Shown here one piece after another: positions 1 to 14,121 of a DNA stretch of 64,000 bases; within the stretch, counting starts at the first letter, position 1, and each line of letters begins with the position of its first letter. Where the stretch lies: positions 139,934,001 through 139,998,000 of the forward strand of contig OX597816.1 of NCBI GenBank assembly GCA_951406725.2. Direction: 5' to 3'. The notes below the pieces were generated by a model, which saw only the letters and a program-made list of their open reading frames with translations, was not told the DNA's origin and made no database searches. The position numbers were made by a program, and so were the translations under genes. The DNA comes from Octopus vulgaris (lineage: Eukaryota).

Positions 1-244
1 TGGTGGCAACCAGAAATTCAGAGAGCGGTTATAGTTCTATTAACACTGTAAGGCATGTTTCAGTGATGTCTTACCAACATCACGTGAGAGCATAACTGCC
101 AATGTCAAGACAGCAATGAGCGAGAGTTTCAATTTATTGGGTTGTAAAAGTATTGACTTGTAATTTTGGCACAAATATTATGTTGAGCAGACATGTAATC
201 GTCTTTTATTCATTTCTAACATACTTTCTTGGAATATTAGTTTT

Positions 245-450
245 GAATTTTAGCACAATGTCAGCAATTTTTGGGAGGGGTTATGTCAATTATATTGATC
301 CCAGTGTTTAACTAGTACTTATTTTATCGACTTCAAAAGGATGAAAGGCAAAGTCGACCACGGCGTAATTTGAACTCAGAACGTAAAGACGGACGAAATG
401 CCGCAAAGCATTTTTCCCGGCGTGCTAACGATCCTGCCAGCTCGTCGCCT
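245..450 (-). mobile_element. tRNA-derived Meta-domain-type SINE, older tail variant
   Basis: Reverse complement has the tRNA-like head and the central GACTTTGCCTTTCATCC...GTCGATAAAATAAGTAC core shared by >10 copies in the window (e.g. 3770-3975, 17785-17990, 21240-21420, 28680-28880, 43855-44003, 50360-50495). Confidence 0.8.
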
Positions 451-772
451 TAGTTTCTAGGAATACTTCAGTTCTAGATAGGTACTTTATTCTAATTTAC
501 CTCGAAAGGTTAAAACGCAAATTTCACCTAAGCAGGATTGGATCTGGAAACGTAAAAATATTTTTAAAATATTAAAAAATATAAAAATATTTAAAAAAAA
601 CAGCTTGACTCTCCAAAAATTCTACCAAACCACTTCCGAATCGACACCAGTACAGTAAGCTTTACATATTATGCTGACTCTGGAGAGCTCAAAGTCGTAC
701 TACTTAAGTCTTGAGTAGATTCTGACATAGTAAATAAAGGGACGCAACTCAATATCGTTTCTGATCACCTAC

Positions 773-872
773 CCAGGTGTCAGATGTCGGTGAAGTGAAG
801 CCAAGTCTCTAAGGTTAAAAACGTATGTGATAGCGATGATTGTCAGAAACGGAGGTTCAATATAAGATTGAG
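773..872 (-). other. Candidate internal exon (100 nt) of an unidentified minus-strand host gene
   Basis: Minus strand reads ttattttacag|CTCAATC...ACACCTGG|gtaggt in non-repetitive DNA. One frame is open (QSYIEPPFLTIIAITYVFNLRDLASLHRHLTPG) but is not recognisable, so it may be 5'UTR. Confidence 0.5.
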
Positions 873-1212
873 CTGTAAAATAATGTTTTATAGTTGGTCT
901 TTTATCAACCACACAATATGTTTTATTTCCTTGGGGCGTTTCATTGAATTTTATGTCAAGAGTTTGTCATTGAACTGAGCGAAGAGAATGGAAGCGAGAT
1001 GTAAAAGGACTGTAATTGAATTAGATCGCACTTTGTGAGCATATGGTTGTGTGTTTGTAGCTTTGTAATTTGTACATGTATGCATGTGAGAGAAACTATA
1101 ATTTTTACCTATATACATACATATACACATATAACATCATTCAGACATGTGCATATTCATGCACAAAACACGCATTCACCCGCTCTCTCTTTCTCTCTGT
1201 CTGTCGTCTGTG

Positions 1213-1278
<66 letters not shown>

Positions 1279-1367
1279 ACATAGACTCACATGTACATAC
1301 ACGTACAACATACATAGAAAAAAGAGATATAGGCTGGTATATATATATATATGTTTCTCTTTCTCTT

Positions 1368-1419
<52 letters not shown>

Positions 1420-1426
1420 TATATAC

Positions 1427-1482
<56 letters not shown>

Positions 1483-1545
1483 GCATATATATATTTAAAT
1501 ACTCACACACGCACAAATACATAGAACATATATAGATATATATAC

Positions 1546-1591
<46 letters not shown>

Positions 1592-2609
1592 TATGCATCA
1601 ATAAGCTGACGTATCTTTTGTGCATGAGAACAAAACTGATATTTTTTGTGTTATTTTCATAGAAAAAAAAAAAAAGAAAACGGAAAGAAAAAGACGTCGA
1701 CGAGGGAAAAGATGACGAACAAGCATACAAAGAGTAGGCTCTCCGTGAAAATATTATTATTGCCAGGCTATAAAACATCGTTGCTTCAGGCCAATATAGC
1801 CATGACACTTTAAAGCTACATCTACATCTGTGTTAGTACTATATCATTCTTTTATTCAACTATTCCATCTCCGACTTTATGTGACAAGGCCTTCTATTCA
1901 TGTTAAACAGCAGCGGTTAAAAAGGTTATATTTAGAATGTTATATTGCCGACAGCTAATGGTTGGAACAGGTTTTTGGTCCAAAGGAGAATTCTGTAACC
2001 GAATTCGATGTTCAATTGAATGATTGGGTTTGAAAGAGATTCAAGAGCGGCATATTAACTCTTGAACTTAGAGAAGTATGGGGTGAAGGAAAGAGAAAGA
2101 GGGAGAGAGAGAAAGAGAGAGAGAGAGGAGGGTATCATAAAAATAATTTTTTAAAAATATATAGAAACGTATAGGCAGAAATGAAGAAATAATAAAAGAT
2201 AAAACAAAAAAGAAATATAAAAAACAAACTTAACAAAGAAGATAGTAATGAGAAGTGAATGAAAAGGATGGAGTTGAAGACATTTATGGATGTAGAAAAA
2301 CGAAAACGAAACTTTAAAGAGAAATATTGAAATTAAGACGATCGTGAAATAGCGTGTCGGTCGTTTAAAAGCGATCGTTAATTATCATGAAGTGTGTTTT
2401 CACACATTGTTGCTGTCTCTTCGTGTGGTCACTTAACCCAGCCACGTTTCCTTTCATTTCTTAGCGCAAAGCATGTCTCTCTGTCTTCTCCTTCCACCAT
2501 ATTGCCCCTCATATATATATATATATACATATATATACACACACCCATACACATATATTCCTCCCTCATTTATGCTATTATATACACCCACCTTGCCTCT
2601 CAATCTCAC

Positions 2610-2708
2610 CCTTTTGATCAGCCAAAGTCTTTGATCTATTTGGCGTCACCTTTGGCCATATTGACTGGCGTTTCTCCCAGTGAGGTCGTTTTTATTTTTC
2701 TTGATTTT

Positions 2709-2750
<42 letters not shown>

Positions 2751-3330
2751 CTTCTGTTGCTATATACATTACAGGGTGTGTATTTGATGACCACTCAGCA
2801 ACCATTCACACTGGGTGGTTCCCAAGAGGTTCAACCCCCATGAAACAAACTCTTAGGAACAAACCAACGATTGTTATAAAACACGTTATCCGCCACTGAT
2901 TAACCCATTAAAATATTAATGTTTTATTCTTGTTCGTCTTCAAAGCCAGTTGTAGTAGACGCCATAGTTTGATTGTTAATCATTGATGTTTATCAACATC
3001 ACTTCTTGTCTTTGATATTTACACGTCTGTTGTAGTGTCGTCGGCAACGATAGCCGTTACCATAACAACTACGCAGTAGTGGCCGAGCAGGCGAGAAATG
3101 TTTGTGGATATTGTTTTATTCAAGTAAGCTGTGCGTGTCGAGGTGAAATGATGGCGGCGGCGCATAGAGAGAAAAGGAGAGAGAGAGAGAGAGAGTGCAA
3201 GCAGTGGGAAGAAATACAGACAGACAGAAGGAAAAAGGGAGATCGAGATACCGGGACTGGGCTTGAAAAGTTAACGCGAGATTCTGCGAGAAATAATACA
3301 AAACTGCTTCTGATGGCGGGGAAATAAAAA
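2610..3330 (-). promoter_or_regulatory. Candidate promoter and long non-coding first exon
   Basis: CpG-retaining unique sequence; YY1-like GCCGCCATCATTT (~3146-3160) and ATGGCGG (~3313); short uORFs (MASTTTGFEDEQE, MAKGDAK); donor AGG|gtgaga at 2610/2609. Confidence 0.4.
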
Positions 3331-3713
3331 CGGGAGTAGAAAGAGAAACGAATAGTTTCGTTCTCATTAAGAACGTGTAGCTAACATTGTTTCCCTTATT
3401 CAGCCTCCAAACCTGATCCAATTATGATACTAAATTTCTGTTATTTCTATAATGTTCTTAAATTTGCCGACTTTCGCCACCTTTTGATTAATGTTATCGT
3501 TCCACTTCTGCAAATTTCTGAAAAAAAACTATATAAAAAGAGAACGGAGTTGGCCGTATGGTTAAGTAGTTCACATTGCAGCTATGTGGTTTCGGGTTTA
3601 ATCTCACTGCATGGCACCGTAGGCAAATCTCTGCCACAACCCCGGGCCGACTTATACCGTGTGAATGAATTTGATAAATTGAGAAATTATGTGGAAGGTG
3701 GAACACCGCATGC

Positions 3714-3766
<53 letters not shown>

Positions 3767-4039
3767 TATTTCTACTATAGGCACAAGGCCTGAGATTTAG
3801 GGAAAGGGGGATAGTAGTTTAAATCAACCCCAGTTCTCAATTGGTACATATTTTATCGATCTCGAAAGGATGAAAGGCAAAGTCGACATCGGTGGAATTT
3901 GAACTCAGAACGTAGAGACGGACGAAATGCCGCTAAGTATTTTGCCCGACGTGCTAACGATTCGACCAGCTCGCTAAACAAGTCTTGTGAAAAACAGGCT
4001 TGTGATTTTTATTATAATAACGCCTTTACCTCTTAGCTG

Positions 4040-4880
4040 ATCGAGTACTTTATTATTCGTTGAAGCCTTACCACGTTTCGTGTCTGTGTTTATATGCTTC
4101 TACCCATTCCGCTCCACATACCATGCTTTCTACCATTACTGCATCCATCTCTGATAATGTTCTTTGCACTACCCTCAAGCAATGTGCACCAAAGTCAACT
4201 CCTATTCTCCAGAAATTCTTCAGTCTCCTTATCTTAGAGGTCTTTCTTCGTTCATGCTGTATGTAATATATTTCCAAATATAGAGATGAATTCCTGTAGC
4301 AATAAGGAATGGGAATGAAGAATTTATTGAGGTTAAGGATTTAATCTTGCTAGCACTATCTGAGAGCAATAGAAACGACATTGTTAGAGCTGGAGGCCAT
4401 ATTAGTTTGAAGTGACCCAACGTCTTTTCATACATAGATGCATGTGTATATAGTGGTGATACTGGGGAATTTTACATAGAAACGCTTTTTTGGCACTTTA
4501 TCGTGCGCATGTGTACGCAAAGTCAGCAGCAAATATTGGGGGCTTTCTATATGGGAATAGTGATTACGAGGTCATCAACGTTGAGAAGCGGTAATCTGAA
4601 GAATTCTGTAAAATTACTGAAGATTATTTTGGCAAGGGACCAAAATGACCGATTATAGTTCTGGAGGCATGGTCGGCGCTCGGAAGTGCGGGACCTAATT
4701 AGAAAATTATCAGTGGGGTCCTCTACTCTGCAAAGCTGAAATTTGATGATTCATGTTTCGTGTTATACGCCAGTCTCAGCCCAGAGTGTTGAAGGCTTGA
4801 GGCTCCACCATTAACCACAATGCTGTACTAGAACTTGAAAGCTGATATGAAAGTTTTAATGTTTTATTCCAAATCAGGAT
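4040..4880. mobile_element. Highly decayed LINE RT fragments (CR1/jockey-like), partly inverted
   Basis: LKQCAPKSTPILQKFFSL resembles the LKxCAxxLxPxLxxLF segment upstream of LINE RT domains; the rest is degenerate. Confidence 0.35.
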
Positions 4881-5789
4881 TATTACTGACATACTGTTTG
4901 TGAATAGGCTTTCTAAAAACAGACATTTTGGCTTCTATTTTTTTTTTATCTGAGAAGTCTTTCAAAATCATTTAAAAGTCAATGGCTCTTGTGATATCAT
5001 ATATATATATATATATATATAATATGCAATATATATTCAAGCACAAGATCCGAATTTTGAACGAAGTAGAAAAGTTTCTTTTGCCATAACAAATGCTTAT
5101 GCGTGTTACCGAAAAATTTGTAGAGAGCGAAAAAAAAGCTTCTTCCTAGCAAACAACTCTAGACTTGCTAAAGTCCGTTCCCTTGTTTTTATGTTTTCGT
5201 TTCTCGTTGAGTTCTACGTCTATTTGTGGTGTCCTGTACTCACATATATATATATTTATATATGCATGTATATATACATGTAGATGTAGGTACGTACATA
5301 TATGTATGTATGTATGTATGCATATATTTTATTTATTACATTATTGTATGACTGAGCGCCCTCGCGTCGTTTCGTTTCGTTTCTTTCCTTTCTCCCAGTA
5401 TGCTTATATATATATATATATATATACATACACGGAAACATGACTGTGTACAAATTTCCTTCCCAAACCACATGGCTCCGAGTTCAGTCTCACTGTGGTA
5501 TCTTGGGCTAGTGTCGACCAAAACCTTGTGAGCGGATTTGATTTGCGGAAACAGAATGAAGCCTGTTGTATGTATGTATGTATGTATGTATGTATGTATG
5601 AGTTTTATTTAAGTTCTTGCGAAAGTAAGCGACAAGACTTTTTGAGTTAAGATAAATTCCGGTGTTTGGAAGTTATGGGGTTGAGTTGGTGTGTTAGCTA
5701 AGCTGTCGATGCACACACATGTGTATGTGCATCTATTCATCGAAAGAATCTCAGATAGAGAATCTTTGGAATCTCTTATACTCTTCACT

Positions 5790-7380
5790 GTACTGTTAAT
5801 AGATTGGATTTAGAAAATCCGCATCAATTTCTTTTGTTCTTTCTTCGTAAAACCTGGTATTTGTAAATTTGTAAGTCCATAGCCTAATCCATCTCTTCTA
5901 ATTGGTACAAATGAGAATTTATGGTCAGAGTACAAGAGCTGTAAGTTTCGATTAATTCGTCATAAATGTTCTCCTTTTCCTGGACGTTTGATGATACATT
6001 TATATCCGCTGGGAAGCTGACTTGTACTACAATGCATGGCTTCTCTTTCCTGTTCCACAGAACAATATCAGGTGTGCTATGTTTGGACCAAATTTTTGTT
6101 TTTATTGGCGTGTTCCACCCGTATGCCTTGTTTTTGAAGGTGTGGATACATGCTGGTTCTGACATGCTCTTGATGTACAACGTTAGGGAAATCCTTCACA
6201 CGGATAGCATTGTAAATAGTCTTTGAAACTATATCATGCCTCAAGAGCAGGTAGTATCCCGTAGGCATTTTGGCACATGCTGATGATACAGGAGATATCT
6301 TCCAAACTAGTATAGCAGAGACATTGTCTATCACGACGTGAAGGTTTAGTGATATCTTTGTCTCTTGTTTATCAGGTATTTAGTGGCTATCTCCCATTCT
6401 TGGATAGCGAAGGCATATCCTTCATGGTAGGATGTAATGTATCTATGATAGGTTCAAGTGTAGTTACTATTTTTGTCAATGCTGTTGAGTTGAATTGTTT
6501 GTCACTCGATCCATTAGTCCCAATAATCCATCCATAACTCGTTAGATGATTGGGTTGGTAACTAAGCTGCATATCTATTTGCTTATAGGATAAGTACCCA
6601 TGCTTTGCTTTCTGCTGTAATGATGCCTGCTTCTCCCCCAAGTTTCTGTTTAGATAGGCTTCCTTTGGGTCGCATGAGAGTTGTATTCTCAGAGAGTACC
6701 TGCACAGTAATTCTTTTCCAACTCAAATGATGTTGCTCTCACTTTTGGGTATGCATGGAGTGTACTCATTTCTTTCTTTACTATTCAGTGGTACAATGCG
6801 ACATTCAAAGGCTCTTTGGACTGACCTTGTACCTCTACCACCATCATTTCGTCTCGCATGTCTCTGTTAATGTGGAAGTTGTCAGTGGTGGTCAGTACCT
6901 TTATGGTTGTGAAGTCCAGGCTGCGTATTTCATCGAGTGTCCAGTCCAATATCCAGATGTTGGCACTAGCACTGGCAATGCAAAAGTATTGTGAGATATG
7001 ATCTTGTTAAATGCAGACACTTCTCAGTTCCATATTTTCCGGAGTCTACAGAAATATTCTTTTGCTATTATGGCTTTAGTCACAACACCAACGGATGCAA
7101 CACTCTCATCGATTCCGCGATACCTATAGTTTTCCCCACTAGAGATAAGGGAAATAGATAGGCCATTGATGTACTTTGTTCTCTGTCTGGTCGAGTATCT
7201 GTCCTCGGTTGACTATCATGCATGCGCATTTATCTTGCCCAGACTCCAGTGTTATGTCTTGTGATAATGTTGTAACTAGTTCTAATTGTCTCTTGATGTT
7301 CGTGCTACTAGAGTATAACCTTACGTTACCGACAAAAAATGTGTGGGTGATGATTTTATTATTCTCTGCACATCCCAGCA
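5790..7380 (-). mobile_element. Decayed R4/Dong-like (RLE-type) non-LTR retrotransposon
   Basis: Remnants HTFFVGNVRLY (decayed HLxFxDDLKLY), GQDKCA, RHDIVSKTIY and TPDIVLWN...VQVSFPAD (PD-D RLE endonuclease). Confidence 0.75.
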
Positions 7381-7509
7381 TGCATAGTTATGTACTTTTG
7401 TATGTATGTATGTATGTATGTATGTAGGTAGGTAGGTAGGTAGGTAGGTAGGTAGGTAGGTAGGTAGGTAGGTAGGTGGTTGTTGGTATACATGCATGTA
7501 GTTAGTTAG

Positions 7510-7770
7510 TTAATTTTTTGGCTAAAAAAACAAAAAGGAAGGCCATGTTGGGGGACATGGAGTTATGTACAGGGTGGTGTTCATGTAAAGAGTTCAGGCC
7601 ACTTGTGGTCAAGGAAGACTTTGAACCGAGCGGTCGTCGGCATCTTCACCATCTCGTCCGGCAGTTTATTCCACGGATCCGCAACCCGGACGGAGAAAGA
7701 CCCTCTCCTTCGATTGAGATGAAATCGTCGCAGATAGAGCTTTTCGGAATGACCCCGCAGCCGACGCTCT
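7510..7770 (-). mobile_element. CR1/L2-type LINE 3' end
   Basis: RLRGHSEKL...FSVRVADPWNKLPDEMV...FKVFLD matches the CR1-type ORF2 C-terminus; followed by a short 3'UTR and (TAAC)n tail. Confidence 0.8.
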
Positions 7771-8040
7771 TGTACACATGCATGTGTGTGTGTCCCACTA
7801 TCGGTTTGCAACTGGTGTTAGTTTGTTTACATCCCCGTAACTTAGCGATCTAGATCAGAGACCGATAGAATAAGTACCAAATTTAAAAAGAAAAATACTA
7901 AGTATTGGAGGGTGATTTTTTGGCGACTAAAACTCTTCAAGGCGGTGCCCCAGCATAGCTGCAGTACAATGACTAAAACAAGTAAAAGATGTGTGTGAGT
8001 GTGTGTGTTTGTGTGTGTATACGCATGCACAGGTTCACGC

Positions 8041-8101
<61 letters not shown>

Positions 8102-8719
8102 GTATGTATGTATGTATGTATGCATGCGTGTCTGTGTGTATATTCTAATGAGTTGAATTGTTTTTTTCTTTATTTCTCTCTATCCATAGGTCCTAAAAAT
8201 CCATCCACCTATCCAAATAGATATCCAGCCTAGTTACCAACCCAATCATCTAACAATCTATTTATCTCTGCTATGCTGTTTATTTATTCAGTTTTCATAC
8301 TTCAAAGTCAAACACCTGCTTAGTAAAAGATTCCCTACAATACATCATAAACGACATTAAAGTTAGCCGCTTTGATATATCAAGTTAATCAAACTCTTTC
8401 AACTTTTGTTGGACGTCCTATAAGGTGTGACTGAGTAAAACTAACTACTTGAGAAATACATTTCGATATAATCTAACAATTTTGGAACGTTCTCATATTT
8501 GCACACGCACACACACACATTCATTATATACACATACAAACACCACTCAGATAACTAAATGGGCCATATACAGTATATTTGATTTACCTATGTATAGAAA
8601 GCCTCGTAAATATAAATTCTTTTTATGTAGTTTGCACACCATCACACATGGAAAGTTATAAACACGTCACTACAAACACGCCCACATACACTTTACTACT
8701 CGATTTATTAGATTATCAA

Positions 8720-8765
<46 letters not shown>

Positions 8766-9130
8766 TATTTGGCTTTTGCTTTGTTTATTAGAACAGATGC
8801 AAAGAACCGTGTACGTCATAAAAAAAAACTACAGGTACACTCTGGCTGTTGTGAAGAAGAATAAATTTGTAGCTAAGTTTTAGCTTCCGTTCGGAAATAT
8901 TTTTATTATCACTTATATGGCTAATACTCCCGAGTAAAAGCATGATCATGACAGCAAAAAAGTACTAAGGTTTCCGTAAGAAACCATTATTAAATATATC
9001 AATCGTCGTCAGGTCGATTATCAATGTCGTTGCGACGCAAATTTCGAAAATCAAATCCGTTTTTCTCGAGGACGAACCGTTTCGGAGCCTTTCCGTGACA
9101 TTCTCACATACATACACGCATACTTTTTCG

Positions 9131-9257
<127 letters not shown>

Positions 9258-9269
9258 ATGTGTGTATAT

Positions 9270-9424
9270 ACTCTTTTTACTCTTTTACTTGTTACAGTCA
9301 TTTGACTGTGGCCATGTACTTATTCTTTTGGCCTCTTTTGTCGAACCGCTAGCTTACGGGGAAGTAAACACACCACTATCGGTTGTCATGCGATGTTGGG
9401 AGACAAAAAGAGACGCACAAACAT

Positions 9425-9505
<81 letters not shown>

Positions 9506-9667
9506 TACGACGGGCTTCTTCCAATTTCCTTTTACCAAATCCACTCACAAGGCTTTGGTCAGCCCGAGGCTATAGTAGAATACACTTACCCAAGGTGCCA
9601 TGCAGTGGGAATGAACCTGGAACCATGTGGTTGGTAAGCAAGCTACTTACCACACAGCCACTCCTCT
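9270..9667 (-). mobile_element. tRNA-derived CORE-type SINE with internal (TA)n/(TG)n
   Basis: Head GGAGTGGCTGTGTGGTAAG..GGTTC, CORE-like TGGCACCTTGGG, tail ending AAGTAAAAGAG; same family at 5440-5570, 13296-13770, 23815-23930, 34660-34822, 47600-47710. Confidence 0.85.
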
Positions 9668-9792
9668 GGATGTGTGTGTGTGCGTATATATATATATATA
9701 TATATATAAAGTTAATCCAAGCAAGAAAACACAGAAATAAACAGCAACGCGAGGACGTGGAACAATTAAAGTATTATTTGACGGGAAGGAGG

Positions 9793-9827
9793 GTTTAACG
9801 TTTCGAGCGGAGCTCTTCATCGGAAAC
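9793..9827 (-). ncRNA. Minimal type I hammerhead ribozyme motif (CCGAUGA variant) in a Penelope-type terminal fragment
   Basis: GUUU-CCGAUGA-A-GAGC(ucc)GCUC-GAAAC-GUU-AAAC; stems I and II pair; U4C change in the core. Confidence 0.6.
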
Positions 9828-9907
9828 AAGGAGGAGGAAAGATCCCAAGAAGGGAAGACAGAGGAAAAAAATATTTTTGCTGGTGGTGCTCAAGAGATCA
9901 CATGTTG

Positions 9908-10013
<106 letters not shown>

Positions 10014-10067
10014 ATATATATAATAAAGAATTTCGTTGAAAAGATTTTCCCCACGTATATATATACA

Positions 10068-10441
<374 letters not shown>

Positions 10442-11942
10442 CTCTGACTGCCTATCGGTGGAGTAGCAGAATCTTTAGACCTCAGACAAAAAAATGACTT
10501 GCTGTATTTATCCCAGTTCTTTTATGTTCTGAGTTCAAATCAACTTTTAAGGCGCAGTCATGGCTATGTGGTTAAAAGCTCGCTTTGCAACCACATGGAA
10601 ATTGTGCAGAAGCTCGTCTCATATATGTTTTGTAACTTTTATTTTTGACCTGTTCCAGTCATTAGACTGCGGCCATGCAGGGGGACCGCCTTGAAGAATT
10701 TTAGTTGAACTGGTTTTTGAGGGCAGGCTTCAAAATCAGAAACGGAAGGGGAAAACTACTGGCGATTAAATTTTGCTTTTCTCGCGGATTTATTGATTGA
10801 AGGTAGTCTCTGAGACTGGCTTCAACTTGAATTATTATACCAACTAAAACTAGTTGCTTGTTGTTAATGATAAATTCTCTGTAAATCTATCGATATATTA
10901 ATGATGCGACCATCCACTTCCAATATCGTTGTCTTTGTTCTTGATTGACATTTGGCAATATAGCATTAAAATTTATGTAACACTTAGCCTATCTCTCTAT
11001 ATACATTCAAATTCTTATCATCCACCAAATGTAGTAAAACAAATCCCTAATAGCAAATAAGTAATTTATAAGCAATTTCACCTCCGATTAAGTAGCCTTT
11101 CGCTGGTCCGATCAATACGAGTAAAACTGCATTGTACAACAAACCACTAAAATTAGACTAAAGCGGAGGTAACCGTTGCCTTCAGCAATTCGCTACAGAT
11201 GTCATAAACATTTTGACATGATAGCTAGATTCCGCTCTTGAATCAAGCCTAACGTGTTGACATTTAAGCGGAAAGGGTAAATACCGATGCAGAGTGAAGC
11301 GATAACTTAGTCTAAGGGTTCACCACCATTTTTTATCTATAAACCCCTCTGATTACTATTTTATTCTGGTGGACCCCGTAGCAATTCAATGTTTAAAGAC
11401 TAGTTTTGTAGAAACTTTCAAAAACTCATTGTGTAAGTTGAACTATGTAAAATGTTAGCGAAAGAAGCTTAGTTGTTTCTTGCAATACGTACATCCAAAG
11501 CAAAATTTTTTCAGGGGGCCCTTAAAATACTATTGTGAATCCTCAATTTACAATTTCTTATATGGACCCCACCACTCTTAAATGGACCCTCGGGGGCTAT
11601 GTAGAACCCGGTTGAGAGCCACTGCTTGAGTCTAAGCCAATAGAGAATGGAAGGCACCCTTTAGCTGAAACCAGTATTCTTCAACCAGATTTTACCAATG
11701 AACGGCTTAGATTAATATCTTAGTTGAATGTATCCTCCTAATCATTCGATGTTTTAAAAAACTATAAAATCTTTTCATAATAGGAAAACATACGATATTT
11801 TTGATTAGATATTATTAGCAATTATTTAAAAATATTGTTAAAGTATTTTGTATATTGTAGACGTATATCCAATTTATTGTAGATAAATTTTAACAACAAA
11901 ATCTTATATCAACAATACGAACCATGCTGGTGAATGAAGGGT

Positions 11943-12077
<135 letters not shown>

Positions 12078-12420
12078 AGAGAGAGAAAGAAAGAGGGAGT
12101 TACATAAATACATAGATCAATACATATATATGTTCATAGATACACATATGTATATGTATATATACACATGGGATTTATAGGGATGGTGAGGTTGGAATGT
12201 GTAGGATGGGGTAACGAAGGAGGGGTGACGATGAAGGGAGAGGGTGGAAGAGAGAAGGTGGGTAGGAGTGAAGAGAGGAAGTGGGTGCCAGAGCAAGAGA
12301 GGAGAGGTGGGTGGGTGGAAGTGGGGTAGGGGAGGAGTTGGGGTAGTGGCATCGGGTGTGATGGAATGGAGGAACGAGTGGAGTTTACGCTATTTGGTGT
12401 AAGCGAGATATTGGTATTTG

Positions 12421-12459
<39 letters not shown>

Positions 12460-12578
12460 CGGGAAGCTTTATGAAAATAGACAAAAGACGAAGGCAGGTG
12501 GAAAACAAACAAACAATTGTATTAGTATGGCGCTCAGGAAATATAAATAAAACAAGTCTTTAACGTTTCGAGCCTAAC

Positions 12579-12774
12579 ATATCTATATTGTATAGAGGGC
12601 ATTATTACACATAAATGCCTCACACTAAGAGGGACAAAGTAATTACTACCAAAATTACACTAATCATACCTAAATGCATTTAGGTATGATTAGTGTAATT
12701 TTGGTAGTAATGACTTTGTCCCTCTTAGTGTGAGGCATTTATGTGTAATAATGCCCTCTATACAATATAGATAT
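12579..12774. repeat. 196-bp spacerless near-perfect palindrome
   Basis: Centre AAATG|CATTT at 12676/12677; 98-bp arms with one mismatch. Confidence 0.95.
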
Positions 12775-12963
12775 AATTAATTTGTTCAAAAGAAAAAAAT
12801 TATTTTCGAATTCTTTTCTTTTATGAGGTTTTTCACGCTAACTACCTGATAATTTCTTGTTAAGATTCCTTATTAAGAAGTTATCCTTAATTGTTAAACT
12901 TATATATATACATATATATCTCTGCCTGGTTGACTGTCCCTGTCTCTCTTTTTCTCTCTCTCC

Positions 12964-13024
<61 letters not shown>

Positions 13025-13264
13025 GTAGATGAAACCATGGCGACTGAAGAAGGGGAATTTTCCTTGTGTTATTTGTCCTGTACTCTATTTTTTCGTTGTT
13101 TAAGAAAAATGTCCAGTTCCTTGGTTTGGTGTTTATGTTTTCGTTTCTCATTGTGTTCGACGTTTTTTTTTTTGGTTTCCTGTACCCATATATGCATGTA
13201 TATATACATGTAGGTACGTACATATATGTATGTATATATGTATATATTTTATTTATTAATTTGT

Positions 13265-13295
<31 letters not shown>

Positions 13296-13298
<3 letters not shown>

Positions 13299-13461
13299 CG
13301 CAGGAGTGGCTGTGTGGTAGCTTACCAATCACATGGTTCTGGGTTCAGTCCCACTGCGTGGCACCCTGAGTCTTCTACTATAGCCTCGGACCGACCAAAG
13401 CCTTGTGAGTGGATTTGGTAGACGGAAATTGAAAGAAGCACGTTGTATGTATTTATATATG

Positions 13462-13549
<88 letters not shown>

Positions 13550-13770
13550 TGTGTGTGCGTGCGTGCGTGTGCTTGTGTGTCTGTGTTTGTTCCCTCACCA
13601 TCGCTCGACAACCGATGCTGGTGTGTTTAAGTCCCCGTAACTTAGTAGTTAGAATAAATCCTAGGCTTACAAAGAATAAGTCCTGTGGTCGATTTGTTCG
13701 ACTAAAAGTCGTTGCTCCAACATGGCAGCAGTCAAATGACTTAAACAAGTAAAAGAATAAAAGAAAATTC
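13296..13770 (+). mobile_element. tRNA-derived CORE-type SINE, near full length
   Basis: GGCGCAGGAGTGGCTGTGTGG head, GGTTCAGTCCC B-box, internal (TG)n, family tail. Confidence 0.85.
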
Positions 13771-13865
13771 ATACATACATGATAGTACGTGTATATTTAT
13801 GTACGTGTGTGTGTTTGTGTATATGTGAGTGCGTGTGCATGCATGTGCGTGCGTGTGTATTTGTA

Positions 13866-13905
<40 letters not shown>

Positions 13906-13934
13906 CGCGCGTGCGTGAGTATGCGTGTTGGCGG

Positions 13935-14121
13935 AAAGTCGTGAAATTAAAAAGCTATATTTAAAGAGCTGCTGAGACAGGCAGATGTTAAAAGGAAGAT
14001 TTATTAGTGACATTTAGAAACTTCTATATAAATCAGACAATAAACAGCAGTGGTAGAAGTGATATATCAATATGTTATAATGATAAAGAAGATGACTGAT
14101 GTCAGACGATTTACTCTCTTG

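Noticed and set aside
1035-1585. ORFs rich in YI, HT, CV, SL and RE repeats here and throughout the track
   Set aside because: Translations of (TA)n, (CA)n, (GA)n and (TATC)n microsatellites, which lack stop codons by construction
2610-2659. ATG GCC AAA GGT GAC GCC AAA TAG (HMG-like MAKGD start; UAG-editing read-through idea)
   Set aside because: A second in-frame stop (TGA) follows before the donor and the phase does not match exon 773-872; best treated as a uORF or chance
11162-11236. Possible three-way-junction RNA fold
   Set aside because: Stems are only 4-6 bp, expected by chance, with no recognisable motif
12170-12420. G-rich purine tract with G-quadruplex potential
   Set aside because: Low-complexity sequence between microsatellites with no evidence of function
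13042-13190. CTGAAGA (and CTGACGA on minus at ~40552) as further hammerheads
   Set aside because: No properly placed GAAAC or stem III; probably decayed repeat termini
13966-13990. Seed-like similarity of module A to miR-1994 (TGAGACAG) and miR-745/22 (GAGCTGC)
   Set aside because: Only 7-8 nt match and no precursor hairpin
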